64,000 nucleotides of DNA from Hydrogenophaga sp. (GTDB lineage Bacteria; Pseudomonadota; Gammaproteobacteria; Burkholderiales; Burkholderiaceae_C). Positions within the stretch are counted from its first letter, which is position 1. Every line of letters begins with the position of its first letter. Shown here piece after piece: positions 43,438-53,427 of this stretch. Made by a program: the position numbers and the translations under genes. A model generated the notes under the pieces. That model had not been told where the DNA came from, ran no database searches, and saw nothing but the letters and a program-made list of their open reading frames with translations. Location of the stretch: positions 8,815-72,814 of the forward strand of contig NZ_JAOASO010000144.1 in assembly GCF_030158645.1 (NCBI RefSeq), given 5' to 3'.

Positions 43438-44451
43438 TCAGTCTCTCAGTACTCGGTGCAACAGTTCGCGCGCCGGTGCGCTCGCCAGGGTGTTGGCCAG
43501 CGTGCTGAAGTGCGCCTGGGGAAGGGCCGCCGTCAGTTCCGGGCCCGCCTGCTGCATGGCCTCGACGAAGGCGGCGGCGCGAGCGTCGTCGAGGTCTGCG
43601 CGGGCCAGGATCAGGTTCACCGATCCGACCGTGGGCAACGGCGACTCGATGCCCGGGTAGGACTGGGCCGGGACCTCCATCCCCTTGAGCAATGGATAGC
43701 GGGCGAGGATGCCGGGAATCTGCGCTGGCGACGGCCCGATGAAGCGAGCCCCACCCGGCGACTGGGCCACCTGCACGAACCCAGGCCAGCCCTCACCCGC
43801 GCCCCACAGCGCATCCGCTTCGCCGGTCAGCACGATGCGGGGTGAATCGGCGGCGCGTTCGACATAGATGGCCTTGAAATCACGGTCGATGTCCAACCCG
43901 ATGCCCGTGAACACCTGACGGGCCAGCGCGACGAGCCCGCTGGTCCGCACGCCGAAGACGACGGGTTTGCCGGCCAGGTCTTCAAGGCGTCTCGCTGCGG
44001 ACGCTCTGGGCACAGCCAGCATGCCGGGGCTCGGGTACATCGCATACAGGATGCAAAGGCCGCCCGCGGGCCCTTTCTGAAGCACTTCGTCGGCGGACGT
44101 GCCCTGGATCAGGGCCATGTCCAGTTCGCCGCGCTGCAGGAGGTCGAGATTGTCGACCGTGCCGCGGGTGGGCCGCGCGTGCAGCCAGTCCCGGCCCTGG
44201 CGCCGGTTCAACACGGTCTGCAAGAGCTCGTCGTACTGCGAGAAGCCCCCGCCGGGCGTCGAGGTTCCCAGCCGCAGCGGCCGCCAGGCGGCAGGGACCG
44301 CAGACGGTGCGTTTCCTGCTGAAGGTTGGGTTGCGGCCTTGCGCGGCAAGGCCAGAAGACACGCACAAAAGGGCGCCGCCAGCAAGCAGCGGCGGCGCAG
44401 GCCCACCTTGGCCACCAGGGCCGAATCAAGAAGGGAACTGTCGCAGGGCAT
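43438..44451 (-). CDS. TAXI-family TRAP solute-binding protein (orphan)
   Basis: LGTSTPGGGF, TRGTVDNL, Tat-like RRRCLL leader. Confidence 0.8.
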   Translation of the reverse strand: MPCDSSLLDSALVAKVGLRRRCLLAAPFCACLLALPRKAATQPSAGNAPSAVPAAWRPLRLGTSTPGGGFSQYDELLQTVLNRRQGRDWLHARPTRGTVDNLDLLQRGELDMALIQGTSADEVLQKGPAGGLCILYAMYPSPGMLAVPRASAARRLEDLAGKPVVFGVRTSGLVALARQVFTGIGLDIDRDFKAIYVERAADSPRIVLTGEADALWGAGEGWPGFVQVAQSPGGARFIGPSPAQIPGILARYPLLKGMEVPAQSYPGIESPLPTVGSVNLILARADLDDARAAAFVEAMQQAGPELTAALPQAHFSTLANTLASAPARELLHRVLRD

Positions 44452-44643
44452 GGGAGCTCCTTGGCGGAAAGGGTGCCGGGCGGGTTGGGACGCACCGGAG
44501 CTCAATGTAGACGAACGCCCGGTTGGCTTGCGTCCGCTGCGGTTGTTCGGCCCGCATGGGCTTCTGGCCAAGCGTCAACCGCTGGATTCGGGTTGGGCGC
44601 TTCGCGGGCCAGTTCGAACGTGCGGCCGGTCAGCCGCGCACAG

Positions 44644-46185
44644 TCACCGGAACACCTTGACGGCCTGAGCCAGTCGTTGAGCACGACTGCCCAGCGATTT
44701 GGAAGCCTCGCTGGACTGCTCCACCATGGAGGCGTTCTGTTGCGTCATCTGGTCGAGCTGGCTCACCGCGGCATTGACCTGACCGATGCCCGTGCTCTGC
44801 TCCCGGGCTGAGCGGCTGATGTCGGTGATCATGCGGGTGACCGATTGGGCTTCCCTCAGGATGGATTCCATGGCGCGACCCGCCTCCGCGGTGAGCGCTT
44901 GTCCGTTCTCGACCCGCTCCGAACTGTCCGTGATCAAGGTCTTGATTTCCTTGGCTGCCTGCGCGCTGCGCTGGGCCAGGTTGCGAACTTCGCCCGCCAC
45001 GACGGCAAATCCCCGGCCCTGTTCTCCTGCGCGCGCGGCTTCCACCGCTGCATTGAGCGCCAGGATGTTGGTCTGGAAAGCAATGCCATCGATCACCGAA
45101 ATGATGTCGGTGATGCGCCGTGAACTCGTGCTGATTTCGTCCATGGTCTTCACCACGTCGTTCACGATCAGGCCACCGGCCCGTGCGGCCTCACTGGCTT
45201 TTTCGGCCATCGTGCTGGCCTGCACGGCGGTTTCACTGGTGGTGTTGACGGTGGCGGTCATCTGCTCCATGGACGCAGCGGTTTCCTCCAGGTTGGAGGC
45301 GGCTTGCTCGGTGCGCACACTGAGATCCCGGTTGCCTTCGCTGATTTCGCGGCTGACGTTGCTCACGCCGTCGATCTGGACGCTGACATCGTCCAGCAAG
45401 GCCCGAAGGTTCAAGCCGGACTGGTTGACCGTGCGCATCAGCATGCCGATTTCGTCCACCCGATCCAGCTGTTAGTTGCTGCCGGGCTGACCGGCGGCCA
45501 CCGATTGCGCCTGGCGCACCACGCGCTGCAACGGCGCCACGATTTGCCGCTCCAGCCACCACCCCAGCGCCGCCAACATGACGGCCACCTGGGCGCTCTG
45601 CACCACGGCATCCGACGTGGGCAGGAGGTAGAACACCGACGCGGTGATCGCACAGAACGCCATCACCATGGGACAGAGCACGCGGGCGCGCAGCGACGCT
45701 GTTTGCGTCCACGACAAGAGGCGTGCCGCGCCGGTGCGCACGATGAGCCCCTTGTGAAAGGCCAGAGAGCCTTGCTCTCCTCTGACGAAACGGCCGTACA
45801 GGTTCTCGGCGGCCTGCACTTCCGTGCGCGAGGGTTTGGTGCGCACCGACATGTAGCCCACCAGCCGCCCCTCGCGAACCACCGGCGTCGCATTGGCCCG
45901 AACCCAGTAATGGTCCCCATCCTTGCGGCGGTTTTTCACCAGCGCCGTCCAGCTCTGGCCCGCTTTGAGGGTGGCCCACATGTCGGCAAACGCTTCACGG
46001 GGCATGTCGGGGTGACGAACCAGGTTGTGTGGTTGACCCACGATTTCTTCGGCGGTGAAGCCGCTGACCGCCAGGAAAGACTCGTTGGCGTAGGCGACGT
46101 GACTGTCCACGTTTGTCGTGGACAGAAGTGTGGCGTTCTCCGGGAAGTCGTATTCGCGTTGCGTGACAGGAAGGTTCTGGCGCAT
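44644..46185 (-). pseudogene. aer: Aer-like PAS aerotaxis receptor interrupted by one in-frame TAA (45472-45474)
   Basis: MRQNLPVTQREY PAS, HPDMP, KNRRKDGDHYWV; reading frame continues AAC TAA CAG CTG GAT CGG GTG GAC GAA into HAMP and MCP domains. Confidence 0.88.
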
Positions 46186-46215
46186 GGGGAACTCCTAAGG
46201 TGTTGAGTCATAGGC

Positions 46216-46242
46216 GTTTCGGCGGAATTCCTTTTGTCTTGA
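46216..46242 (-). promoter_or_regulatory. Probable sigma28 promoter of aer
   Basis: Minus strand TCAAG-N14-GCCGAAAC. Confidence 0.7.
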
Positions 46243-46564
46243 ACAAATGAAGCGCCAGCTTGTGCGAAATTCCCTCGGTGGCTGGCTGCGGGCCCCCACC
46301 GGTGCCGTTCACGGCGACTTGCGTCCACGCCCCCGTCCGCCTCGAATCCGGCGCGGAATCGCCGGGCCCTGGCCCGAGGAGGCAGGCCGCACCAGTGCAT
46401 GCGAGGGGAAGGAAGGGGTTGGGAGACCCGGCGGTGTGCACCGGGTTCGCTGCCGCAGGCGCAGGACAGCGTCACCGCGCCGCCGGGGGAGTGTTCAGAC
46501 GGCGGGAGAGCGCGCAGGCGCAGCGGGACGCGATGGCCGCCGCCGCTCGCGCACCGGCACTGAC

Positions 46565-47491
46565 TTACCGGATGGTCACAGGCGCGAGCGCGCGCGTGAG
46601 GCTGGCCTCGCCACGGCCATGCAGCTGGACCTTGTAGCCCTTGATGGTGTCCTGGCGCGCGGTGTTGAGCAGCTGGTTGGTGATCTGCACCGGCGTCGCC
46701 TTGGTGAACTTGCTGCCCAGCACCGCGGCGTAACCGGTGATCACGGGGGCCGCGAACGAGGTGCCGTACAGGCCGGTCTGGGCGCCTTCCACACCGACCA
46801 CCAGGAACTGCTTCTGCACCGCCGTGTCGGTGCCGGCGGTGTTGGAGTAAGACGCCAGCGTGGCGGGCGCGGCCTTGGTGCCGTTGGTGTTGAGCGCACC
46901 CACGTAAATGGCGGTCGGGGCGCCCTTGAGCGCGAGGTTGAGGTAGTCGGTCTGGCCGCGGGCGTTGCGACCGAGCACGGCGATGCCGTCGTTGCCGGCG
47001 GCCTTGGAGATCACGGCGGTGCCGTTCTTGGCGTAGGTGATGATGGAATTTTCCTGCGCGCTCCAGCGAATCTGGCTGGCGCTGTAGCCGGCGGCGGCCA
47101 TCATGCCGTAGCTCAGGTTGAGCACGTTGAGGCCCTTGCTGAGCTTCACCGCGGTGCCGCTGGTGAAGTCCTGCGTGGCCACACTGGCCAGCGGCGCGAT
47201 CATGCCGGCCTCCATGGCGGTCCACTGGCCGTGGCGCAGCCGCTGGCTGGCGGTGCCCAGCTTGCCGTTCAACAACGAGGCACTGCGAAAGTCGTCGACC
47301 ACGGTGATGGTCACCCCTTGACCCTTGTAGCCCTTGGTCCATGCGTCACCAACCTCGGTGCTCATCCACCCGGGCGTGGCGGCCGAGGCCGCCAGCGCGG
47401 TGTCGATGGTGGCTTCGCCGTCCTGGGCGAAGACGGCAGTGGCACCGAGGGCGCCGCAAAGGGCCACGGCGAGTGTGGCGGGGTGTTTCAT
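46565..47491 (-). CDS. Secreted S8 (subtilase) serine protease lacking a propeptide
   Basis: Signal ending AVFA; triad VVDD, RHGQW, GTSFAAP; oxyanion AAGND. Confidence 0.88.
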   Translation of the reverse strand: MKHPATLAVALCGALGATAVFAQDGEATIDTALAASAATPGWMSTEVGDAWTKGYKGQGVTITVVDDFRSASLLNGKLGTASQRLRHGQWTAMEAGMIAPLASVATQDFTSGTAVKLSKGLNVLNLSYGMMAAAGYSASQIRWSAQENSIITYAKNGTAVISKAAGNDGIAVLGRNARGQTDYLNLALKGAPTAIYVGALNTNGTKAAPATLASYSNTAGTDTAVQKQFLVVGVEGAQTGLYGTSFAAPVITGYAAVLGSKFTKATPVQITNQLLNTARQDTIKGYKVQLHGRGEASLTRALAPVTIR

Positions 47492-47518
47492 GGGGGTCTT
47501 TCTGCTGGGTTGGACTGG

Positions 47519-48175
47519 TCAGAACGCGTGGGAGAACAGGACCGACACCTGCCGCTGGTCACGGGCGGTGTCGTTGAACAGGTAGCGCAGCGTCTCGGTC
47601 GGCTCGAGTTCGGACGCGGCCAGGCGGCAGTTCACCGCCTGCACACCACCGATGTCGCCGTAGTCGGCGGTGCAGGGGCGCTCGCGCAAACGGCCGCCCA
47701 GCGTGGTGGTGGCGCGCAGCGTGAACGTGGTGCGGCGGCCAAGGCGCGCCTGGTGAATGAGGCCGAGCTTGAAGCTGGGCGAGATGCGGTACTTGACGCC
47801 CTGCTCGCCCGTGCCCACGCCCCAGATGAGGCCGGTGTCGCGGGTGAGCTGGGTCATCCAGGCGATCCGAACGTCGGTCCAGCGGGTGCTGTACCAGGCG
47901 GCAAAGTCCACGCGATCGCCACCCGACGATTCAAAGCCCTGGCCCTTGAGGCCCCGCATCCGGCCGGAGAGGTCGGATCCCTGCCGGATCTCGATCAGGC
48001 TGGTCGAGCGGGCCGATGGCACGGCAAGCGCCCAGTCAGCGTCGCTCCATCCTGCGGCCCGCACGCCGCTCCCGGTTGCAAGGCCGAGCAACAAGCACCC
48101 CAGCACCCGCGCGCGGCCGATGTTCAACGCCGACAGCGTCGGCCAGGGGGATGGGGTGGGGTGGGGCTGGGTCAT
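47519..48175 (-). CDS. Hypothetical secreted protein, possible outer-membrane beta-barrel
   Basis: Signal-like N-terminus, amphipathic strands, terminal QVSVLFSHAF. Confidence 0.6.
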   Translation of the reverse strand: MTQPHPTPSPWPTLSALNIGRARVLGCLLLGLATGSGVRAAGWSDADWALAVPSARSTSLIEIRQGSDLSGRMRGLKGQGFESSGGDRVDFAAWYSTRWTDVRIAWMTQLTRDTGLIWGVGTGEQGVKYRISPSFKLGLIHQARLGRRTTFTLRATTTLGGRLRERPCTADYGDIGGVQAVNCRLAASELEPTETLRYLFNDTARDQRQVSVLFSHAF

Positions 48176-48263
48176 GCAAACCGGCTCAAGTGGCCGCCTT
48201 GTTGCCCGTAGAGATCGACCCGGCCCGGGTGGGCTTGAGGGGTGTTTTGCGCAGATTCGACGC

Positions 48264-49991
48264 TTATCGAGCCTCGGTGTGCTGTCCGTCACACGGCGCA
48301 CCCGGCGTGGTTCGCAATTGCCGCTTCATCAGCTTGCCGTTGGGGTTGCGCGGCAGGGGTGTGGGGCTCAGGGTCAGGTGCTCTGGCACCTTGTAATCGG
48401 CCAGGCGCTCGGCGCAGAAAGCCTTCAGCTCCCCCACAGCCAGATCAAGGCGCTGCGTGTGCACATGGGCGTGCACGCGTTCACCCAGGACGGGACAGGG
48501 CACACCCACAACGGCGGCTTCGATGACGCCGGGCATCTGCAGCAGCACGTTCTCGACCTCGGTGCTGAAGACCTTGTAACCGCCCCGGTTGATCATGTCC
48601 TTCTTGCGGTCCAGAACCCGGACGTAACCCTCTGCGTCGACACAACCGAGGTCGCCGGAGTGCCACCACCCCGCAGTGAACTCGCGGGCAGTGGCGGCCG
48701 CATCGTTCCAGTAGCCTTTGACCACCATGGGCCCGCTGATCCAGAGTTCCCCCACTTCGCCAGCGGGCAGTTCACACCCCTGCTCGTCCATCACCACCAC
48801 CGCCGCGCAGGGCAAGGGGATGCCCACCGTGTCGGCGTGCGCACGGGTCTGGCCGATGGGCATCAGGGTGGTGGGCGAGGTGGTTTCGGTGGCACCGTAG
48901 GCGTTCAGCAGTTGCAGGCCGGGAAGGCACTTCGCCAGATCGTCGATGGTCGAGGTGGGCATGGGCGCACCACCAAAGCCGCCGATGCGCCAGTTCGGGA
49001 GCTTGAACTCGCTGAAGTGGGGATCGAGCAGCAGGAGCTTGTACATGGCCGGCACCATCAGGGTGTGGGTCATCCCTTCCCTGGCGGCCAGTTGCAGGAA
49101 ACGCGTTGCCTTGAAGGTCGGCAGCACCAGCAGTGCGGCACCCGCCCCCACGACCGCCATGAGGTTGGCAATCAGGCCTGTGACGTGGGTCACCGGAACC
49201 GCCAGCATGGATCGGTCGGACTCGGTCAGCGCCATGCAACCGATGAAATGCCGGACCGAGTGCACGACGTTGAAGTGGGTCAGCATCGCCCCTTTGGGAC
49301 GCCCGGTGGTGCCCGAGGTGTAGAGCACGATGGCCGTGTCCTCCTCGTGCACAGGCTGGACGTGGCCGCACGGTGGCTCCAGGAGCAACCCGTCAAACCC
49401 GCCACGAAACCGCTGATCCGCATCCGCGAGGCCAGCCCGGGGGCGCTGTTGGTCGGTCTCCAACTCGGCCGGGACATCGACCGAGACCACCCACTGCAAG
49501 GCGGGCGCATCGGTCGCACCGGGCAAGCGTTCAAGCAGGTGGCTGTCACACACCACGCCTCGCGCGCCGCAGTGCTGGATGATCCAGGCCAGGCCTTCTT
49601 TTTGTTCGCGTGGCCCCACGGCCACGGCCACCGCACCCAGCTGTTGCAGTGCCAACATGGCCATCACAAAGCTCGGGTGGTTGCTCTGGTACAGAACCAC
49701 CCGGTCGCCGGGCTGCAGGCCCAGTTTCAAAAATCCGCTGGCCGCACAGGCCGAACGTTCGGCGAGTTCACGCCAGGTCCAGCGCTGCGCTTCAAAGACC
49801 ATCGCCAAACGCTCACCGTGGCGCGCCACCGTGGCTTCCAGCATGGCATGCAGACTGCCCCATCGGTCCGGAAAACACGGCAGCACGCGGTCACCAAAGT
49901 GGGCTTCCCGGCGCCGCGCCGGCACCTGAATGCCGGCCCAGAGGCCCTGCAAGCCCGGGTCGGCTTCTGCAGCGAAGGCGTCGGTGGTCAT
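48264..49991 (-). CDS. Class I adenylate-forming enzyme (acyl-CoA ligase)
   Basis: LYTSGTTGRPKG, NAYGATE, WHSGDLG, RKKDMINRGG, PRNPNGK. Confidence 0.92.
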   Translation of the reverse strand: MTTDAFAAEADPGLQGLWAGIQVPARRREAHFGDRVLPCFPDRWGSLHAMLEATVARHGERLAMVFEAQRWTWRELAERSACAASGFLKLGLQPGDRVVLYQSNHPSFVMAMLALQQLGAVAVAVGPREQKEGLAWIIQHCGARGVVCDSHLLERLPGATDAPALQWVVSVDVPAELETDQQRPRAGLADADQRFRGGFDGLLLEPPCGHVQPVHEEDTAIVLYTSGTTGRPKGAMLTHFNVVHSVRHFIGCMALTESDRSMLAVPVTHVTGLIANLMAVVGAGAALLVLPTFKATRFLQLAAREGMTHTLMVPAMYKLLLLDPHFSEFKLPNWRIGGFGGAPMPTSTIDDLAKCLPGLQLLNAYGATETTSPTTLMPIGQTRAHADTVGIPLPCAAVVVMDEQGCELPAGEVGELWISGPMVVKGYWNDAAATAREFTAGWWHSGDLGCVDAEGYVRVLDRKKDMINRGGYKVFSTEVENVLLQMPGVIEAAVVGVPCPVLGERVHAHVHTQRLDLAVGELKAFCAERLADYKVPEHLTLSPTPLPRNPNGKLMKRQLRTTPGAPCDGQHTEAR

Positions 49992-50647
49992 GCCACCGCG
50001 CGACGAGGCGCTGCGTTGGATCCCCGCTCGATCACCACTTCCTGGTCGAGCATGGAGGCTGCGTGATTGAGTTCAGACTGCGCGATCACCACGGTCATGT
50101 CTTTGCCGCGCAAGCCGAAGATCACGTCCGAGAGGCGTTGTGACAAGGCGGGTGCCACCCCTTCAAACGGCTCGTCGAGCAACAGCAGGCGTGTGCCGAC
50201 CGCCAGTGCGCGGGCCAGGGCCACCAGCTTCTGCTGGCCGCCCGACAGCAACAAGGCGCGGCGGTCCTTCATGTCCTTGAGCTCGGGCAGCACCCGGTAC
50301 ACCATCTCGAGACACGCCTGCGGCTGCAGGCTGGACGACACCCAGACGGGAATCAGGATGTTCTCCTCCACCGTCAGCTCGGGCACGAGACCGCGGTCTT
50401 CAGGCATGTAACCAATGCCCAGGGCGGCACGCGCGTGGGGCGGCATCGTTGCCAGGTCCTTGCCGTCCCACAGGAGCCGGCCCTGCGTGGGCTTCAGGTG
50501 GCCCATGACCGTGCGCAGCAAGGTGGTCTTGCCCGCCCCGTTGCGCCCGACCAGGCCCACCATCTGGCCCACGGGGACCTCCAGGGAGAAGCCCCGCAGG
50601 GCCTGGACGGACTGGATGGTGACGTGCACCGAATCGATTGTCAGCAT
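49988..50647 (-). CDS. Liv-type ABC transporter ATPase (LivF-like)
   Basis: GRNGAGKT, LSGGQQK, LLLDEP. Confidence 0.92.
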   Translation of the reverse strand: MLTIDSVHVTIQSVQALRGFSLEVPVGQMVGLVGRNGAGKTTLLRTVMGHLKPTQGRLLWDGKDLATMPPHARAALGIGYMPEDRGLVPELTVEENILIPVWVSSSLQPQACLEMVYRVLPELKDMKDRRALLLSGGQQKLVALARALAVGTRLLLLDEPFEGVAPALSQRLSDVIFGLRGKDMTVVIAQSELNHAASMLDQEVVIERGSNAAPRRAVA

Positions 50648-50648
50648 G

Positions 50649-51419
50649 TCAGTGCCCTCGCTTGATCGAACCCGTGACGTAGCGCTGGACCTGGGGATCG
50701 TCCAGCACGGTCGACGGTGGGTCATCGGCAATCACGCGACCGCTGTAGAACGCGATCACCCGGTCCGAATACCGCGTGACGATTTCCATGTCGTGCTCGA
50801 CGAACAGAACGGTCACCCGCTCGCTCGCCAGGGCCGCGCTGATGGTGTCCATCATGGGAAATTTTTCGTCCACCGACACGCCGCTGGTGGGCTCGTCGAG
50901 CAGCAGCAGCTTGGGTCTGCCGGTCAATGCCATGGCAATGTCCAGCAACTTGCGAACACCGCCGGGCAATTCCGACACCCGTCGGTGGGCGTGCTCCTCG
51001 AGACTGAACTTGGACAGCATCGCCATGGCGCGGTCGATCCGGTCGGACGCGTGGGCCGGTCGCCAGAACGACTGATGCCCATCGTTGCAGGCGGCGGCCA
51101 CGAGCATGTTGTCCAGGGCGCTCATGTCCAGCGCCAGTTGCGGAATCTGGAACGAGCGCGCCACACCCAATCCGGTGATCCGCCTCGGTCCCAGGCCCGC
51201 GATGGACTGGCCATCGAGTTCGATCGTTCCGGCGTCCGGCTTGAGGTAGCCCGTCACCATGTTGACGAACGTGGTCTTGCCTGCGCCGTTGCTGCCGATC
51301 AGACTGACCCGCTGGCCGGTGGGGATGTCGATGTTGACGTTGTCGGCGGCGGTCACGGCGCCAAAGGACTTCATCAGGCCCCGTGCCGACAGCATCGTCT
51401 GGGTCTTGGCGGTCGTCAT
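50649..51419 (-). CDS. Liv-type ABC transporter ATPase (LivG-like)
   Basis: GSNGAGKT, ARSFQI, LLLDEPTSG, VEHDM. Confidence 0.92.
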   Translation of the reverse strand: MTTAKTQTMLSARGLMKSFGAVTAADNVNIDIPTGQRVSLIGSNGAGKTTFVNMVTGYLKPDAGTIELDGQSIAGLGPRRITGLGVARSFQIPQLALDMSALDNMLVAAACNDGHQSFWRPAHASDRIDRAMAMLSKFSLEEHAHRRVSELPGGVRKLLDIAMALTGRPKLLLLDEPTSGVSVDEKFPMMDTISAALASERVTVLFVEHDMEIVTRYSDRVIAFYSGRVIADDPPSTVLDDPQVQRYVTGSIKRGH

Positions 51420-52387
51420 GCGGAGCCTCCTTCCTGGCCGGTGGTCTTCTTTTTGCGTCGGTTCGTCCAGAGACTCCCGAGTCCCAGGGGCAGGAAGCGG
51501 ATGACGACCAGCAAAAACAGGCCCATAGCCAATTGCCAGGTGTTGGGGAAATACAGGTTCGAGAAGGAACGCACCACCTCGACGACGAACGAACCCACGA
51601 ACACCGCGAGCATGCTGTGGTGCCCCGCCAGGATGGCGACAAACACAAACTCACCCGACGTCGTCCAGTAGGCGAAGTTGGGTTCGATGTGGCCGAGCGA
51701 CATGAGCGTGAGTGCACCACCGACACCCCCCATGAACGAAGCCAGCAGGTAGTTGAGCGCCACCGCCTGCGACACCGATGCACCCAGGTACTCCACCCGG
51801 AGTTCGTTTTCACGGATCGCCAGCGAAACCAGGCCGCGCACCGAGTCCACGTAGATGCGGGCCAGGGTGGCCAGCACGCCCACCACCAGCACCGCCACGC
51901 TGTACAGCAGCCAGTTGGATTGCTCGGACGCGATGCTTTGGCCAAACAGCGTGGGTCGGCTGACATTGAAGCCATCCGAGCCACCCAGGGCTTCCGTCTT
52001 CACCAGGATGCCGTAGAGCACCATCGAGATGGCCAGCGTCAACATCGCAAAGAAGATGCCCCGGTAACGCGACAACAGCGGTGCGAACGGCAGTGCGCAC
52101 AGGACCGCGGCCCCGCCGCCGATGAGGACCATCAGGAAGGCATCGGTGATGCCCAGGTGGTTGGCGGCCATGGCGCTGGCATAGCCGCCCACGGCAAACA
52201 CAAAGCCCTGGCCGAAAGACACCACACCGATGCGCATCAACAGCACGATGCCCAGGGACACCAGACCGTGCGACAGCGCCATGGTCGACAAGAAGAGCAG
52301 CCACTTGGGCATGGCCAGGCCGGCTGCCAGAAACAGCACGGTCAGCGCCGTGCCGATCAGAAGCGTTTTTTTCAAGCTGTTGGTCAT
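51416..52387 (-). CDS. Liv-type ABC permease (LivM-like)
   Basis: VSFGQG, FFAMLTLA, GGSDG, SLAIRENE. Confidence 0.9.
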   Translation of the reverse strand: MTNSLKKTLLIGTALTVLFLAAGLAMPKWLLFLSTMALSHGLVSLGIVLLMRIGVVSFGQGFVFAVGGYASAMAANHLGITDAFLMVLIGGGAAVLCALPFAPLLSRYRGIFFAMLTLAISMVLYGILVKTEALGGSDGFNVSRPTLFGQSIASEQSNWLLYSVAVLVVGVLATLARIYVDSVRGLVSLAIRENELRVEYLGASVSQAVALNYLLASFMGGVGGALTLMSLGHIEPNFAYWTTSGEFVFVAILAGHHSMLAVFVGSFVVEVVRSFSNLYFPNTWQLAMGLFLLVVIRFLPLGLGSLWTNRRKKKTTGQEGGSA

Positions 52388-53280
52388 CAGATCTTCCTCG
52401 CCTGGATGCGATGAAACAGACCCTCGGGCCGAAACATGAGCACGATGGCCATGGCGATGTAGATGCTGAAGAGTTCTGCCGCAGGCCAGGTGTGAACCGC
52501 CAGTGCACGCGCCAGACCGACGATCACGGCACCGATCGCCGCACCCTCGATGCTGCCCAGGCCACCAATGATCACCACCGCAAACGAAACGATGATCACA
52601 CCCGAGGCCAGACCCGGCTGGACGGAGATCATGGGCGACGTCAGCGCACCAGCCAGCGATGCCAGGAAGATGCCGAACATGAAAGCGAGGGTGCAGACCT
52701 TCGCCACGTTGATGCCCATGCTGGCCGCGATCTCGTTGCTGTGGATCACCGCCAGCACGATCTTGCCGGTGCGGGTGCGGTTCAGGCCCCACCAGACACC
52801 CAGGCCACAGACGATGGCGAAGCCGATCAGGACGAAGTCGTAGCCCACGTAAGACATGAGCCCGATATCGAGCACGCCGAACAGCATGTAGGGTTCGGTC
52901 ACGTAGTACGGGACCGCGCCCCAGATCAGCTTGGTCACGTCCTCCAGGATCAGGAACAGCGCATAGGTGACCAGCACCAGCAGCACTTCATCGCGTCCAT
53001 AGAAAGAGCGCAGCAACAGCCGCTCCACCAGGGGCGCAAGCAGGAGCGACACGGCCAGGGCCGCCAGCAGCATGAACAGCAGGGACCAGGCCGGTGACAT
53101 GCCGGCACCCACCGACCAGGACACAAACGATGCGGTGACGTAAGCCCCGACCGCGTAAAAGCTGCCGTGGGCAATGTTCAGGATTTTCAGGACGCCAAAG
53201 ATCAGCGTCAGCCCCAGGGCCACGATGAAGAGCCAGGAGGCATAAATGATGCCGTCAAAAAGGATGGTGAGTGCAAGCAT
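52387..53280 (-). CDS. Liv-type ABC permease (LivH-like)
   Basis: ALGLTLIFGVLKILNIAHG, VVIIGGLGSIEGA. Confidence 0.9.
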   Translation of the reverse strand: MLALTILFDGIIYASWLFIVALGLTLIFGVLKILNIAHGSFYAVGAYVTASFVSWSVGAGMSPAWSLLFMLLAALAVSLLLAPLVERLLLRSFYGRDEVLLVLVTYALFLILEDVTKLIWGAVPYYVTEPYMLFGVLDIGLMSYVGYDFVLIGFAIVCGLGVWWGLNRTRTGKIVLAVIHSNEIAASMGINVAKVCTLAFMFGIFLASLAGALTSPMISVQPGLASGVIIVSFAVVIIGGLGSIEGAAIGAVIVGLARALAVHTWPAAELFSIYIAMAIVLMFRPEGLFHRIQARKI

Positions 53281-53364
53281 GTGGGATTCCGCTCCAGGTG
53301 GAGGACCGCTGGAACCGGACGCAGCACCATCGATGCCGGCCGGGACAACTCGCGTGTTGGACCA

Positions 53365-53388
53365 TGCCCCTCTGCAAACAGAGGGGCA
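53365..53388. other. Intercistronic hairpin after the binding-protein gene
   Basis: Perfect 10-bp stem tgcccctctg-caaa-cagaggggca; typical mRNA-stabilising position. Confidence 0.6.
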
Positions 53389-53427
53389 CGGCGCAGACGA
53401 TCGTGAAAGGTCGTTAAACGACGCGGG

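Noticed and set aside
46228-46247. tttgt-N5-acaaa palindrome upstream of aer read as an FNR site
   Set aside because: Wrong half-sites and spacing; it overlaps the sigma28 -35 element, which explains the sequence better.
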